A stretch of 62,520 bases of DNA, from contig JAEDLN010000002.1 of NCBI GenBank assembly GCA_016295275.1, forward strand, positions 1 to 62,520, read 5' to 3'. This DNA is from Kiritimatiellia bacterium. Lineage in GTDB: Bacteria > Verrucomicrobiota > Kiritimatiellia > RFP12 > UBA3636. Made by a program: the position numbers and the translations under genes. Below the pieces are notes generated by a model. That model was not told the origin of the DNA. It saw nothing but the letters and a program-made list of their open reading frames with translations, and did no database searches. Below are positions 38,829-48,239 of this stretch, one piece after another (position 1 is the first letter of the stretch; each line of letters opens with the position of its first letter).

Positions 38829-39053
38829 CTAGCTTCGGGTCAATGAATCATCGCGGACAATCTTCGGTTTCGCCTTGCCGGCCAGAATGAGAATCTTCTT
38901 TCCATTTCGATATACGTGCAACTGCCTGTTTCGAACCGTAGCCGTCAAGGTCTCATCCGTTTGTATGGCTTGCCATATCGAATGGTAAATACCGTCAGGT
39001 TCAAATAGTTTCTTTTGAAGATGTGAGCACATATTGGTTATGTCTATTTTCAT
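38829..39053 (-). CDS. 74-aa hypothetical protein, possibly a truncated gene remnant
   Basis: ATG-initiated ORF MKIDITNMCSHLQKKLFEPDGIYHSIWQAIQTDETLTATVRNRQLHVYRNGKKILILAGKAKPKIVRDDSLTRS with no recognisable motif. It sits alone between 80-nt and 286-nt non-coding gaps. Confidence 0.3.
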   Translation of the reverse strand: MKIDITNMCSHLQKKLFEPDGIYHSIWQAIQTDETLTATVRNRQLHVYRNGKKILILAGKAKPKIVRDDSLTRS

Positions 39054-39339
39054 TCTCTATCCATTCAGATTGTTGACAAATACCGCCTTCCACTCTGGGG
39101 GTATTCGTTTGTTGTGTGTGTGGAATAGCGTATTTTTGTATTTGTTCCCCTGTTCGCTCGTTGACGGTCGACCTGTCTGTAGCAGGAGAATTTCTGATGT
39201 CATTTCCATCGGTCCGAAAAACAATCCATACGGTTCTCGCATGTGGCGGCGCGATATTTTGCGATGCTTTTTTCTTTCATTCGCAGTCCGCAAAAGCCTA
39301 GTACCGCATGCAAGACGGAAAGCACCGGCGCACGTTCTG

Positions 39340-39897
39340 TTACCCGATATATTCCAAAAAAGCGTCCACTTGCAATCTCAATTGCTCCTTTTGGGCATCA
39401 GTCAAAATCACACGCCCTTCCGTCCAGGCCTCCTTGTTCAGCTGAATCCCCGTCTGAGGCTCCGCCATCACATCAGCGTGGATATATGGAAGCTTGAGCA
39501 ATTCCGCAAGTTTCTCACGGCATTTGGCAGTAGCCGACGCGCCTCCGGCACCACTAAGAGCTACCTTTTTGTCGTTGATGGCAAGCGGAGTCTTCCGATC
39601 ACCGGCGACGAGCGGACGCGAGAGCCAATCGATGAGATTTTTCAAAGAACTGGGATAGCTGTAATTGTATTCGGGCGAAAATATCCAGATTGCATCTGCC
39701 TCTGCCACTCGTGCTCTCACTCGCGTGACAGCCTCAGGCGCAGGAAACTCGATATCTTGATTCATTATCGGCACGTCCGAATAGTCAAGATATTCCACCG
39801 TTGCACGCCCGTTAAGCATCCGCTCCGCCTCTCCGGCGAGTTTCTTATTGAACGATTCCTTACGAAGGGAACCCACGATAAACAGTATTTTCTTCAT
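39340..39897 (-). CDS. NAD(P)H-dependent FMN reductase family oxidoreductase
   Basis: Track ORF 39340..40170 is trimmed to ATG 39897. MKKILFIVGSLRKESFNKKLA ... AIWIFSPEYNYSYPSSLKNLIDWLSRP is the NADPH-dependent FMN reductase pattern. 185 aa. Confidence 0.88.
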   Translation of the reverse strand: MKKILFIVGSLRKESFNKKLAGEAERMLNGRATVEYLDYSDVPIMNQDIEFPAPEAVTRVRARVAEADAIWIFSPEYNYSYPSSLKNLIDWLSRPLVAGDRKTPLAINDKKVALSGAGGASATAKCREKLAELLKLPYIHADVMAEPQTGIQLNKEAWTEGRVILTDAQKEQLRLQVDAFLEYIG

Positions 39898-39950
39898 TGT
39901 ATTCTCTCCAATTAACGCTTTCGTTGATGATAATCCATGAGCGCATCCGG

Positions 39951-40709
39951 CTAGAGATACAGCTCGTTTTCCTTCCTTGCGGCGCATTCCTTTTGTAGAA
40001 ACAGTGCAGCCAAAAAGTTCATCACAGCTCCAATGTTTCTTACCCCGGACGGACATGCCGATACGCATTTCATACAAGAGATGCATTTGGAAGGGTCCAC
40101 TTTTTGGGGTGCTGAGAGCGGAATGGCATCCGTTGGACATTGCGCTGCGCAAACACCACAATGGTTGCACCCGCGTCTTCCTTTTGGATGTGGCAATCTG
40201 CCGCCTTTCCTGTAAGGTCGATTGCCGGGAACCGATGGCATTGTGCAGTCATTGGTTTGAATCTTGCGCAGGATGTCAGAACCGAATTGACGGAGCGTCT
40301 GCCCATCATCTGCATCGGGGCGCCCCTTACCGTATTTTCGGATAATACTATGTTCGGACACTGCTCCTACAGCGGCTACCACGCGAAACCCCATCTCAGA
40401 CGCCACATCCCGCATCTCAAGCAAAGCGTCTTCGTAGGCACGGTTTCCAAAGACGGCAACCACAACACATTTCGCACCGTTCGGACTCACTGTTCTCAGG
40501 CGTTTCACGGCCAATGTCGGTACACGCCCCGCAAACACAGGCATGGCAATAACAACCAAGTCATCCTTATGGATATAGGGCAACTGAATGTCGGCGGACT
40601 TGATGCAGAGGTCTGTCACGATTCGCTTGCCGCCTATGCCTTGACATAGGATATCGCTCACTCGTCGCGTTCCTCCCGTAGGACTGAAAACAATCTGATG
40701 TATCTTCAT
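39951..40709 (-). CDS. flavodoxin-like domain fused to a 2x[4Fe-4S] ferredoxin domain (EFR1-like)
   Basis: 252 aa. N-terminus MKIHQIVFSPTGGTRRV (flavodoxin-like), C-terminus CNHCGVCAAQCP and CISCMKCVSACP. Confidence 0.8.
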   Translation of the reverse strand: MKIHQIVFSPTGGTRRVSDILCQGIGGKRIVTDLCIKSADIQLPYIHKDDLVVIAMPVFAGRVPTLAVKRLRTVSPNGAKCVVVAVFGNRAYEDALLEMRDVASEMGFRVVAAVGAVSEHSIIRKYGKGRPDADDGQTLRQFGSDILRKIQTNDCTMPSVPGNRPYRKGGRLPHPKGRRGCNHCGVCAAQCPTDAIPLSAPQKVDPSKCISCMKCVSACPSGVRNIGAVMNFLAALFLQKECAARKENELYL

Positions 40710-41175
40710 TTTTATGAGGGTAGTCTTTATGATTTCGAGGGCACCTCATCTGGTTGGCATGCCGTGCCATCCATTGCCGCTTCCATGATGCGTTATGGCG
40801 ATCCCTTCTGCCTGGTCGCCGGCATACGCAACCCGCCATACTGAGAAAAGCCGGAAATGACTTTCAATCGGCGATTATACTCTAGCATATCTCAATTGAC
40901 GACAGTTTTTTTAGAAGCGACTCGCCAAGGCGCCGTTTGCCTTGACGAGCAATCTTTCCACTTTTTTTAATGACAAGAATCAGAATATGGTGATATTCTT
41001 TTTTCAAAAGAAATGGTATTATCATCACTCCGACACTAGGCGGAAAAATCAGAAGGCTCTATCTCGTTAAGGAAGTTGACTGTGGCGATGAACATCAACA
41101 GAAAGACGATTTCCAGTGAGAGATTGAAATGGGCTTCGCGTCTATGAGGTATCCTTCAATTCGTAATGACGTCGT

Positions 41176-43263
41176 ATGTCAGCTAATAGATTTTACTACT
41201 CTGATTCCATATCCGGCTTCCTCAATACAGAATCGGAAACGATAATCGGCACGCTTACGCTTGCTTCCCAGCACGATATCAACGACGAAACCTCCAAGTC
41301 GTGGGTAGCGGAGATTGAATCGTTGCGGAACGTGCTTGCGCCATATAAAGACAGGGGTAGTTTGTATTTCGAGTACAATATCCCTCGAATGGGCAGACGC
41401 GCCGATGTCGTCCTCGTCATCGATGAACTCGTCTTCGTTCTTGAATACAAAACTGCCGACAGCAAGTTCTCGCACGAGGCTCGTATGCAAGTCTGGGATT
41501 ATGCGCTCGACCTGAAAAACTTCCAAGAAGGCAGCTTGGAGCGCATTATCATCCCCGTTCTTGTTGCCGAATCTGAAAAAGATAAGCACTGCGTGTTCAA
41601 ACTTCGTCATCTAGAGGATAATGTGTATGAGCCCTTGTTGACAAACAACAATCGTCTCGCCGAGGCGATCTCCATGCCGTTGACTCAGATTCCACATGAC
41701 CTTGTTACGCATTCTGACGAACGTGACGAGCGATGGGCTAAGAGCGGCTACGAACCGACGCCAACCATTATCGAGGCGGCCGTTGCTCTTTACGAAGAAA
41801 ATACCGTCGAAGATATTACGAAGCATGGCGGTGATATTGACAAAGCATCGGCCGAACTTCGTCGAATCATTGATTTTAGCCGGGAGAATCAGCGCAAAGC
41901 CATCTGTTTCATAACCGGTGTTCCTGGCGCCGGCAAGACGCTCATCGGATTAAATACGGCCATCGACCAGTTCAATCGTGGAGAGAAAGCCGTTTACCTT
42001 TCCGGAAATTTCCCGCTCGTTGAAGTTCTGCAAGAAGCATTGACCCGCGACTATGTGCGTCGCGAGAAGATGAAATCCCGGAAAATCAAAGGGTATCGTG
42101 CATGCACCAAGGAGGAAGCTAAGAGTAAGGTCAAGGCCTTCATTCAGATGATTCACCACTACAGAGACCTCTACCTCGAAGGTACAAAGGTGGTCGGCAA
42201 TGAGATTAAGCCAATAGAAGGCTACTTCCGGAGCCATACCGACAAAGCCTACATTCCAGCCGAGCATGTAGCCATTTTCGATGAAGCCCAGCGCGCATGG
42301 ACGGGCGACGAATTGAAGCGATTCATGCGCGAAAAGAAAAGAATCGCGGATTTTCCCTACAGCGAACCGGAATACCTCATCTCCTGCATGAATAGACAAA
42401 CGGATTGGGGTGTCGTGGTTTGTCTTGTGGGAAACGGACAAGCAATCAATAAGGGCGAAGCCGGTTTGACGGAATGGATCGAATCCATCAACAGACGATA
42501 TCGGGATTGGGATGTTTACATGTCCGAGTATCTCATCGAATCTGGCGATGTGAGCAAAGAAGAGCTTGCTTTGGTCAAGCAACAACTGAAACCTCGCGAA
42601 GATCTTCACCTGAAGATGTCGATGCGTTCTTTTCGTTCCGAGAAAGTTAGCATCTTTGTCAACCAGCTTCTGGCATTGCAGCGCGAGGACGCTGCCGCGA
42701 CATTGAAGGAACTTGGCAATTATCCGATTGTGCTGACTCGTTCCTTGGAAACCGCCAAACAATGGTTGCGCGACCATGCCAGAGGCAGCGAGCGATTTGG
42801 TCTTCTTGCCAGCAGCAAGGCAGAACGATTGAAGGCAATCAGCATCAATGTCCGTTATCAACCCGACTTTGTCCATTGGTTTCTTGAAGACGAATCGGAC
42901 ATTCGCTCTTCCAATGCCCTTGAAGACACTCTCACCGAGTTCAAGGTACAAGGTCTCGAAATCGATTGGGCATGTGTGGCATGGGATGCGGACCTTCGCC
43001 TGAACCGAGAGCAAACCGCATGGCAACACTTCCAGTTGCGTTCGGGCGCCAAGTGGCAGAATATCCATAAACCAATCAACCAAACCTATCAAATCAACGC
43101 CTATCGCGTTCTCCTCACGCGAGCGCGCCAAGGCATGGTTATAGTCGTTCCCGAGGGCGACCGTGGAGTACCTCCAGATGATACGCGTAAACCCGAGTGG
43201 TATGACGGGATCTACGGCTATTTGAAATCGATCGGCATAAATGAAATCGAAAGCATATGCTGA
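41176..43263 (+). CDS. DUF2075-like protein: N-terminal PD-(D/E)XK nuclease-like domain + SF1 helicase-like P-loop NTPase
   Basis: 695 aa. RRADVVLVIDELVFVLEYK (D77 ... E90-x-K92), Walker A GVPGAGKT (aa 248-255), VAIFDEAQRAW (Walker B-like), C-terminal YRVLLTRARQGMVIVV (SF1 motif VI-like). Confidence 0.85.
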   Translation: MSANRFYYSDSISGFLNTESETIIGTLTLASQHDINDETSKSWVAEIESLRNVLAPYKDRGSLYFEYNIPRMGRRADVVLVIDELVFVLEYKTADSKFSHEARMQVWDYALDLKNFQEGSLERIIIPVLVAESEKDKHCVFKLRHLEDNVYEPLLTNNNRLAEAISMPLTQIPHDLVTHSDERDERWAKSGYEPTPTIIEAAVALYEENTVEDITKHGGDIDKASAELRRIIDFSRENQRKAICFITGVPGAGKTLIGLNTAIDQFNRGEKAVYLSGNFPLVEVLQEALTRDYVRREKMKSRKIKGYRACTKEEAKSKVKAFIQMIHHYRDLYLEGTKVVGNEIKPIEGYFRSHTDKAYIPAEHVAIFDEAQRAWTGDELKRFMREKKRIADFPYSEPEYLISCMNRQTDWGVVVCLVGNGQAINKGEAGLTEWIESINRRYRDWDVYMSEYLIESGDVSKEELALVKQQLKPREDLHLKMSMRSFRSEKVSIFVNQLLALQREDAAATLKELGNYPIVLTRSLETAKQWLRDHARGSERFGLLASSKAERLKAISINVRYQPDFVHWFLEDESDIRSSNALEDTLTEFKVQGLEIDWACVAWDADLRLNREQTAWQHFQLRSGAKWQNIHKPINQTYQINAYRVLLTRARQGMVIVVPEGDRGVPPDDTRKPEWYDGIYGYLKSIGINEIESIC

Positions 43264-43429
43264 CCGCTTGGCATCGATGTGTGAAACAGCAAGTCGGAAT
43301 GGTTTTGCAGCGGAAGTGGCGACTCGTTTGCGTCATGATGTCAAATGGACGCTTTGGGGGTGTTTCAATGTCTACTGTCGGCTGTACAATAAAGTTCAAA
43401 TACAGTTCTCGTTACGTCTTTGAATATAT

Positions 43430-43455
43430 ATTCGATTAACTAATTCGATTAACTA
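43430..43455. repeat. perfect tandem duplication of a 13-mer (ATTCGATTAACTA x2)
   Basis: 43430-43442 and 43443-43455 are identical. They lie 22 nt upstream of the putative -35 box of the MerR-type promoter. Confidence 0.9.
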
Positions 43456-43476
43456 AAAATATTTTTCCTAACGCTC

Positions 43477-43507
43477 TTGACTCGTCCCTTAGGTCATGCA
43501 TTACTTT
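43477..43507 (+). promoter_or_regulatory. MerR-type promoter with 19-nt spacer
   Basis: TTGACT (43477-43482), 19-nt spacer CGTCCCTTAGGTCATGCAT, TACTTT (43502-43507). The spacer carries an imperfect dyad TGAC-N11-GTCA centred on CCCTTAGG. It lies 39 nt upstream of the merR-like ATG. Confidence 0.45.
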
Positions 43508-43545
43508 TGGGATCGAATCCGACAAACAAAGGATTCGCGCATAAC

Positions 43546-44370
43546 ATGAGTAAAACAACAAAGTTGAAAATCGGAGCGTTCTCCAGATTGATGCAGGTGA
43601 CTGTCAAAACGCTACGTCACTACGAGCAGATGGGTCTGCTGATTCCATCCGAAGTGGATGCGTGGACGGGTTACAGATATTACACCGTTGAACAAATGCA
43701 GAGGCTAAATGCCATCCGCGAGCTCAAGGACATGGGATTCTCGTTGGAAGAGATAAAAGACCTCTACGACGATGAATACCACGAACCGTCCATCAATCAG
43801 ATAAACGCCAAACTGTCGGAGTGCAACAGACAGATAAAAACGCTGTTGAAGCGCCGGCAACAACTCATCGATACAATAAACTCGAAAACCAACATCAAGA
43901 CAATGGAAAAATTCTCGATTCAGGCTTTACCTGCTATCATCGTGGCTTCTCACCGTAGAGTCATCAAGCAGTACAGCGATTTGGGTGAACTGTGCGTCAA
44001 CGTCATTGGTCCCGAGATGCAGCGACTAGGCTGCAAGTGCTCGTCGGCGGGATATTGCTTCACCATAGAGCATGACAAGGAATACACTCCCTCTGATATC
44101 GACATCGAATACTGCGAACAAGTGGAGGAAATGGGCAAGGATTCCGCCATCATCAAGTTCAAGCAGTTGACGGAGGTTCCCAAGGCTCTGTGCATGAAGC
44201 ACTATGGTCCCTACGACCGTTTCTACGAGTCATACACCGAAGCATTCAAGTACCTTGAGAAAAACGGCTACGAGATCGCCGGACATCCGAGAACGGTGTA
44301 TGTCGATGGAGCATGGAATCAGGAAGACCCCGAAAAATGGCTATCGATCATCCAAATCCCCGTAAAATAA
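43546..44370 (+). CDS. MerR-family transcriptional regulator with GyrI-like effector-binding domain (BmrR-like)
   Basis: Start moved to ATG 43546. N-terminal HTH KIGAFSRLMQVTVKTLRHYEQMGLLIPSEVDAWTGYRYY, a coiled-coil linker, and a C-terminal GyrI-like domain (HYGPYDRFYESYTEAFKYLEKNGYEIAGHPRTVY). Confidence 0.88.
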   Translation: MSKTTKLKIGAFSRLMQVTVKTLRHYEQMGLLIPSEVDAWTGYRYYTVEQMQRLNAIRELKDMGFSLEEIKDLYDDEYHEPSINQINAKLSECNRQIKTLLKRRQQLIDTINSKTNIKTMEKFSIQALPAIIVASHRRVIKQYSDLGELCVNVIGPEMQRLGCKCSSAGYCFTIEHDKEYTPSDIDIEYCEQVEEMGKDSAIIKFKQLTEVPKALCMKHYGPYDRFYESYTEAFKYLEKNGYEIAGHPRTVYVDGAWNQEDPEKWLSIIQIPVK

Positions 44371-44393
44371 CGCACCATTCCGAATAACTGAAC

Positions 44394-44449
44394 ACAGAGA
44401 CATAAAGTTGCAGGGGTTTCCCTGTTTCTTTGTGTCTCTGTTCTTTTTC
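44394..44449 (+). terminator. rho-independent terminator after the merR-like gene
   Basis: ACAGAGACATAAAG ... CTTTGTGTCTCTGT is a 14-bp stem with one G-U, enclosing an inner CAGGG/CCCTG pairing. It is followed by TCTTTTTCT. Confidence 0.7.
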
Positions 44450-44694
44450 TGACGGAGTCCATGGCGTACAAACTATCGGCAGACCCAAACTCGGGCAACT
44501 CTTTCATATTCCGTATGTATTACAAACACTGACGAACGATCGTACCGCATGATTCAGAAAACAAACATGTTGTGGCAAACAGCGGCTTGCGTAGTTGGTT
44601 CTTCTTCATGTTTCCCGCTCCCACTTGCATCTTGTTTTGAGGTTGCCCTTTCTCCCGTCCAAATGGTACACTTCCTCTATCATTTTATTTCGCC

Positions 44695-45516
44695 ATGTCT
44701 TCTTCTCTTGAACAAAACGGAGTCGGCTCGATTCCATCGCTTCGGCACCCCCTCTTAACTGTTTGCATTATCACCGGAAACGAGGAAGAAAATATCCGTC
44801 GTTGCCTTGAAAGCGTTCGCTTTGCCGATGAAATCGTCATCGTCGACAGTTTCAGCACGGATCGTACGCTGAAAATTGCCCGGGAATATACCGATCGAAT
44901 CTACCAACACCGCTGGGTCGGTTATATCGGGCAAAAGGCAATCGCCCGCAACCTCGCTCGCGGGAAATGGATTCTTTTCGTCGATGCGGACGAAGCGGTA
45001 TCCGAAAAGCTACGCGAGGAAATCTGCAAACGTCTGAAAGACGAACTGCCCGACAGAATCGCCGGTTTCGATTTTCCCCGTCAAGTCTGGTTTTTGCACC
45101 GCTGGATTCGGCATGGCGATTGGTATCCGGATACCAAATTGAGACTTTTCCGAAAAGAACGCGGTCACTGCTGCGGAATGGAACCGCATGAACGCATAGA
45201 TGTCACAGGCGAAGTCATACACTTGCAGGCGCCGCTTTATCATTACACCTACGACGATATTGACGATCAGATGAAAACCATCAACCGGTTTTCGACAATC
45301 GCCGCAAAGAGTCTTCTCCAAACCCATAAAAGCACGCTTAGCACACTTTGGGGCATGCTCTTTCACCCCCCGTTCAGATTCTTTCGGTGCTACTTCGTGA
45401 AACTAGGATTTCTCGATGGGATGGCAGGCTTTATTATCGCCATGACCATTGCTTACTCGACATTTATCAAATACGCAAAATATTGGGAACTCCAACATGG
45501 GCTCGACAACCGTTAA
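44695..45516 (+). CDS. family 2 glycosyltransferase
   Basis: 273 aa. CIITGNEEENIRRCLESVRFADEIVIVDSFSTDRT and ILFVDADE (DxD), with a C-terminal amphipathic/TM segment. Confidence 0.85.
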   Translation: MSSSLEQNGVGSIPSLRHPLLTVCIITGNEEENIRRCLESVRFADEIVIVDSFSTDRTLKIAREYTDRIYQHRWVGYIGQKAIARNLARGKWILFVDADEAVSEKLREEICKRLKDELPDRIAGFDFPRQVWFLHRWIRHGDWYPDTKLRLFRKERGHCCGMEPHERIDVTGEVIHLQAPLYHYTYDDIDDQMKTINRFSTIAAKSLLQTHKSTLSTLWGMLFHPPFRFFRCYFVKLGFLDGMAGFIIAMTIAYSTFIKYAKYWELQHGLDNR

Positions 45517-46309
45517 TTCCCGCCATTTCCTCTTCGTTCCGTTGCTTTTGCTGTCGGCTGTCTTTTCCGTGGCTCCCGCACAATCGCTTTTTCAATTGGA
45601 GGAAAAACAGGAAGCCTCCGTTTCCGCGGGACCTCTTACGGCCGAGGAAATATTGACCGAATGCAAAGCGCGAATGCCCATGGGAACCATCTTTCTGCAA
45701 GGTTCGTTGAATATGCGCAAGCGATACGGCGTCAGCTTGAAAAAAATGCCGTTCGAAGCGACGGCTCGATTCGCAGGGAATCGTTCCGTTTTCCGCTATA
45801 AGCTGGACCTTCTGGAAACCGGAGAACACACCATCTTCACCGCAACCCGCACCGAAGCGGACGGACTGGCGATTTCCCGCTCCGATGGCCTCCCCTCCCC
45901 CAAGCCGGCCGATTCCATCGAAGGAACCGATATTTCGTGGCTTGACGCCACTCTGGATTTTGTCTGGTGGACCAATCCCGTTCTCGTGGGCTCCGATCGA
46001 ATCAAGGGGCGTTTGTGCGATATTCTCGAAGTGGAGCCACCCGCTCCACTCGCCAACTGCAAGAAAGTCCGGCTTTGGATCGACCGCTCCCAATTCGTCG
46101 TTCTTCAAGCGGAACAACTCAATCCAACCCCGATACGTCGAATGTGGGTCCGTGCCGTACAGAAGGTGGACGATTGTTGGGTCTTGAAAAATATGGAAGT
46201 CGAAACCATTGGAAGCGGCCATCGTACCCTGCTCCGCTTCGATTCCGTCCGGTTTTTGGACTCCACCCCCGACCATTCCGACGAAACGACCAAAGACGCT
46301 TCCCTATGA
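45497..46309 (+). CDS. LolA-like outer-membrane lipoprotein-sorting family protein
   Basis: Start set to ATG 45497, a 20-nt overlap with the GT2 gene. Signal peptide FLFVPLLLLSAVFSVAPAQS. IEGTDISWLDATLDFVWW, RLCDILEV and VRLWIDRSQFVVLQAE fit the LolA_like family pattern I recall. Confidence 0.7.
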   Translation: MGSTTVNSRHFLFVPLLLLSAVFSVAPAQSLFQLEEKQEASVSAGPLTAEEILTECKARMPMGTIFLQGSLNMRKRYGVSLKKMPFEATARFAGNRSVFRYKLDLLETGEHTIFTATRTEADGLAISRSDGLPSPKPADSIEGTDISWLDATLDFVWWTNPVLVGSDRIKGRLCDILEVEPPAPLANCKKVRLWIDRSQFVVLQAEQLNPTPIRRMWVRAVQKVDDCWVLKNMEVETIGSGHRTLLRFDSVRFLDSTPDHSDETTKDASL

Positions 46310-48204
46310 ATAGCAAAGCGCTTCTTCGAGTATTTCCGCCCCTCTTCCTAGGTATATTTCTTCTATCGCTTGTGCTTCTCTCGGGGTGCAAGTCGACAAG
46401 GTCTTGGAGAAATCAGGCCGACGCGGTAGCCGGCAGTATCCTGACGAACGCACAACAAGCGGTTACGGGAAACGCCGAACCGATTCTCATCGAATCGCCT
46501 GCGGATTCCTTGCGCCGTCGTCTTCTCATCAACCAAAAACTCCCCGTCAACGACAGTGCCTCTTTCGGTATCCGAGATTTGCCGACAAATCTCTATTGGC
46601 GCGCCGAAGAACGTCTCAACCCCGCTCTTCCGGGCGGGGTCGGCGAGCTGACGCCAACCCTTGGCGAAGCCCTCGAAATCTCCTTTGCAGATGCGGTGCG
46701 AATCGCAGCATACAACTCCCACAGCTACCAGACTGCCAAGGAAAACCTCTTTTCCGCCGCACTCGCTCTCGATCTGGAAGATAAAAAGTTCCGCAAAACC
46801 TTCGATGGACTCCTCCGAAGTGCGGTTTCTTCATCCAAATCCGATCAATCCGAACGCAAATCCTCCCATAACGATACCGGTTCGCTCGCCGTGTCCAAAA
46901 CCTTTGAAGATGGCGCCGAACTGACCGGATCCCTCGCATTCAATATCGCCGGCATGCTCGATGGCGATCGCTCGACCGCCTGGGGTGCCATTGCCGATAT
47001 CAGCATCAGTATTCCCCTGCTCCGAGGCTCCGGTCGCCTCGTCAAAATGGAATCGCTGACGCAGGCGCAACGCAATCTCATTTACTCCGTTCGCGAATTC
47101 GAACAGTTCAAGCGCTCCTTTGTGGTCGAAATCGCCAGTTCGTATCTCAATCTTTTGCTTGCACTCCGGACACGCGAAAACGAAGACGACAACTACAAGC
47201 GAGTGATTCTTTCGACACGTCGCTCGCGTCGGATGTCCGATGCAAGCCGCATGTCTCGTGCGGATTTCGATCTCTCCCACCAGTCCGAACTCTCCGCCCG
47301 AGCCAGCTGGATGTCCGCCTGCCAATCCTACGAGTCCAGCCTAGAGTCGTTCAAACTCCAACTCGGTCTTCCGCCCGATGCCAAAATACGCCCTCGCGCC
47401 AAAGATCTCGAAGAACTTAAGATTCATGTCGAAATATTTGCCGGAAATGCAAATCTCGATGAGTACGATATCGGCGACGGTTCTCAAAATGTGACGCTCG
47501 AGCCCCCGGAATCCGTCGATTCCGGCGATATGAAAATCAGAACCGATATCGCCATCCAACTCGCCTTCGAAAACCGGCTTGATTTTATCTCCTACAAGGA
47601 TCGGATCGAGGACGCCCAAAGACACCTCGTCATTGCAGAGGATGCTTTCCGGACCGAAGTGACCATTGGCGGCAGCGCACATGTTGGAGAAGCCGCATCC
47701 CCGTCAATGGGCGCGGAAGGCAAAAACCATACCGATTTCAAAGTCGAAAATGCCGCATACAACGGTTCGCTGAAAATCGATCTTCCGCTCGAACGGACCG
47801 CCGAACGAAATTCCTACCGAAATGCATTGATTGCACTTGAACGCGCCGTTCGAAGCTACCAAGAACAGGAAGACCGACTCAAGCAGACGATCCGCCAGGA
47901 TATGAGAAGTCTTTCGCAAGAACTGGAGAATCTTCGAATTCAGCAACGCGCCGTGCAGCTCGCACAACGTCGCGTCCGCAACCAAGATCTTCTCCTTCAA
48001 GCCGGTCGCGCCGATATGACGGACGTTCTCGATGCCCAGGCAGCTCTCGTACGAGCTCAGAATTCGCTCTTTTCGGCTCTTACGAAATACCGAACAACAG
48101 AACTCGATCTGCAGTCTGATCTCGGATTGCTCAATGTCTCTGTCAATGGTCTTTGGGAAGAGGCAGATCTCGATTCCTTAAAACTCCGTCCTCCAGCCCC
48201 ATAA
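46306..48204 (+). CDS. TolC-family outer-membrane efflux protein (lipoprotein signal)
   Basis: Track ORF 45967..48204 is trimmed to ATG 46306, which overlaps the upstream stop as ATGA. Signal MNSKALLRVFPPLFLGIFLLSLVLLSGC, then two internal OEP-type repeats rich in long helices. Confidence 0.85.
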   Translation: MNSKALLRVFPPLFLGIFLLSLVLLSGCKSTRSWRNQADAVAGSILTNAQQAVTGNAEPILIESPADSLRRRLLINQKLPVNDSASFGIRDLPTNLYWRAEERLNPALPGGVGELTPTLGEALEISFADAVRIAAYNSHSYQTAKENLFSAALALDLEDKKFRKTFDGLLRSAVSSSKSDQSERKSSHNDTGSLAVSKTFEDGAELTGSLAFNIAGMLDGDRSTAWGAIADISISIPLLRGSGRLVKMESLTQAQRNLIYSVREFEQFKRSFVVEIASSYLNLLLALRTRENEDDNYKRVILSTRRSRRMSDASRMSRADFDLSHQSELSARASWMSACQSYESSLESFKLQLGLPPDAKIRPRAKDLEELKIHVEIFAGNANLDEYDIGDGSQNVTLEPPESVDSGDMKIRTDIAIQLAFENRLDFISYKDRIEDAQRHLVIAEDAFRTEVTIGGSAHVGEAASPSMGAEGKNHTDFKVENAAYNGSLKIDLPLERTAERNSYRNALIALERAVRSYQEQEDRLKQTIRQDMRSLSQELENLRIQQRAVQLAQRRVRNQDLLLQAGRADMTDVLDAQAALVRAQNSLFSALTKYRTTELDLQSDLGLLNVSVNGLWEEADLDSLKLRPPAP

Positions 48205-48239
48205 GACCTCCTCCTTTCACTTTTTTTATTTTTTTCGAC

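Noticed and set aside
39034-39915. 293-aa plus-strand ORF
   Set aside because: It is antisense to the FMN reductase gene and to the 74-aa ORF. It has no motifs. The minus-strand product has a clear NADPH-dependent FMN reductase pattern.
45967-46305. N-terminal 113 codons of the 745-aa track ORF (TolC-like)
   Set aside because: The extension overlaps the LolA-like gene in another frame and is Arg/Ser/Pro-rich. ATG 46306 gives a proper lipoprotein signal peptide and an ATGA stop-start overlap.
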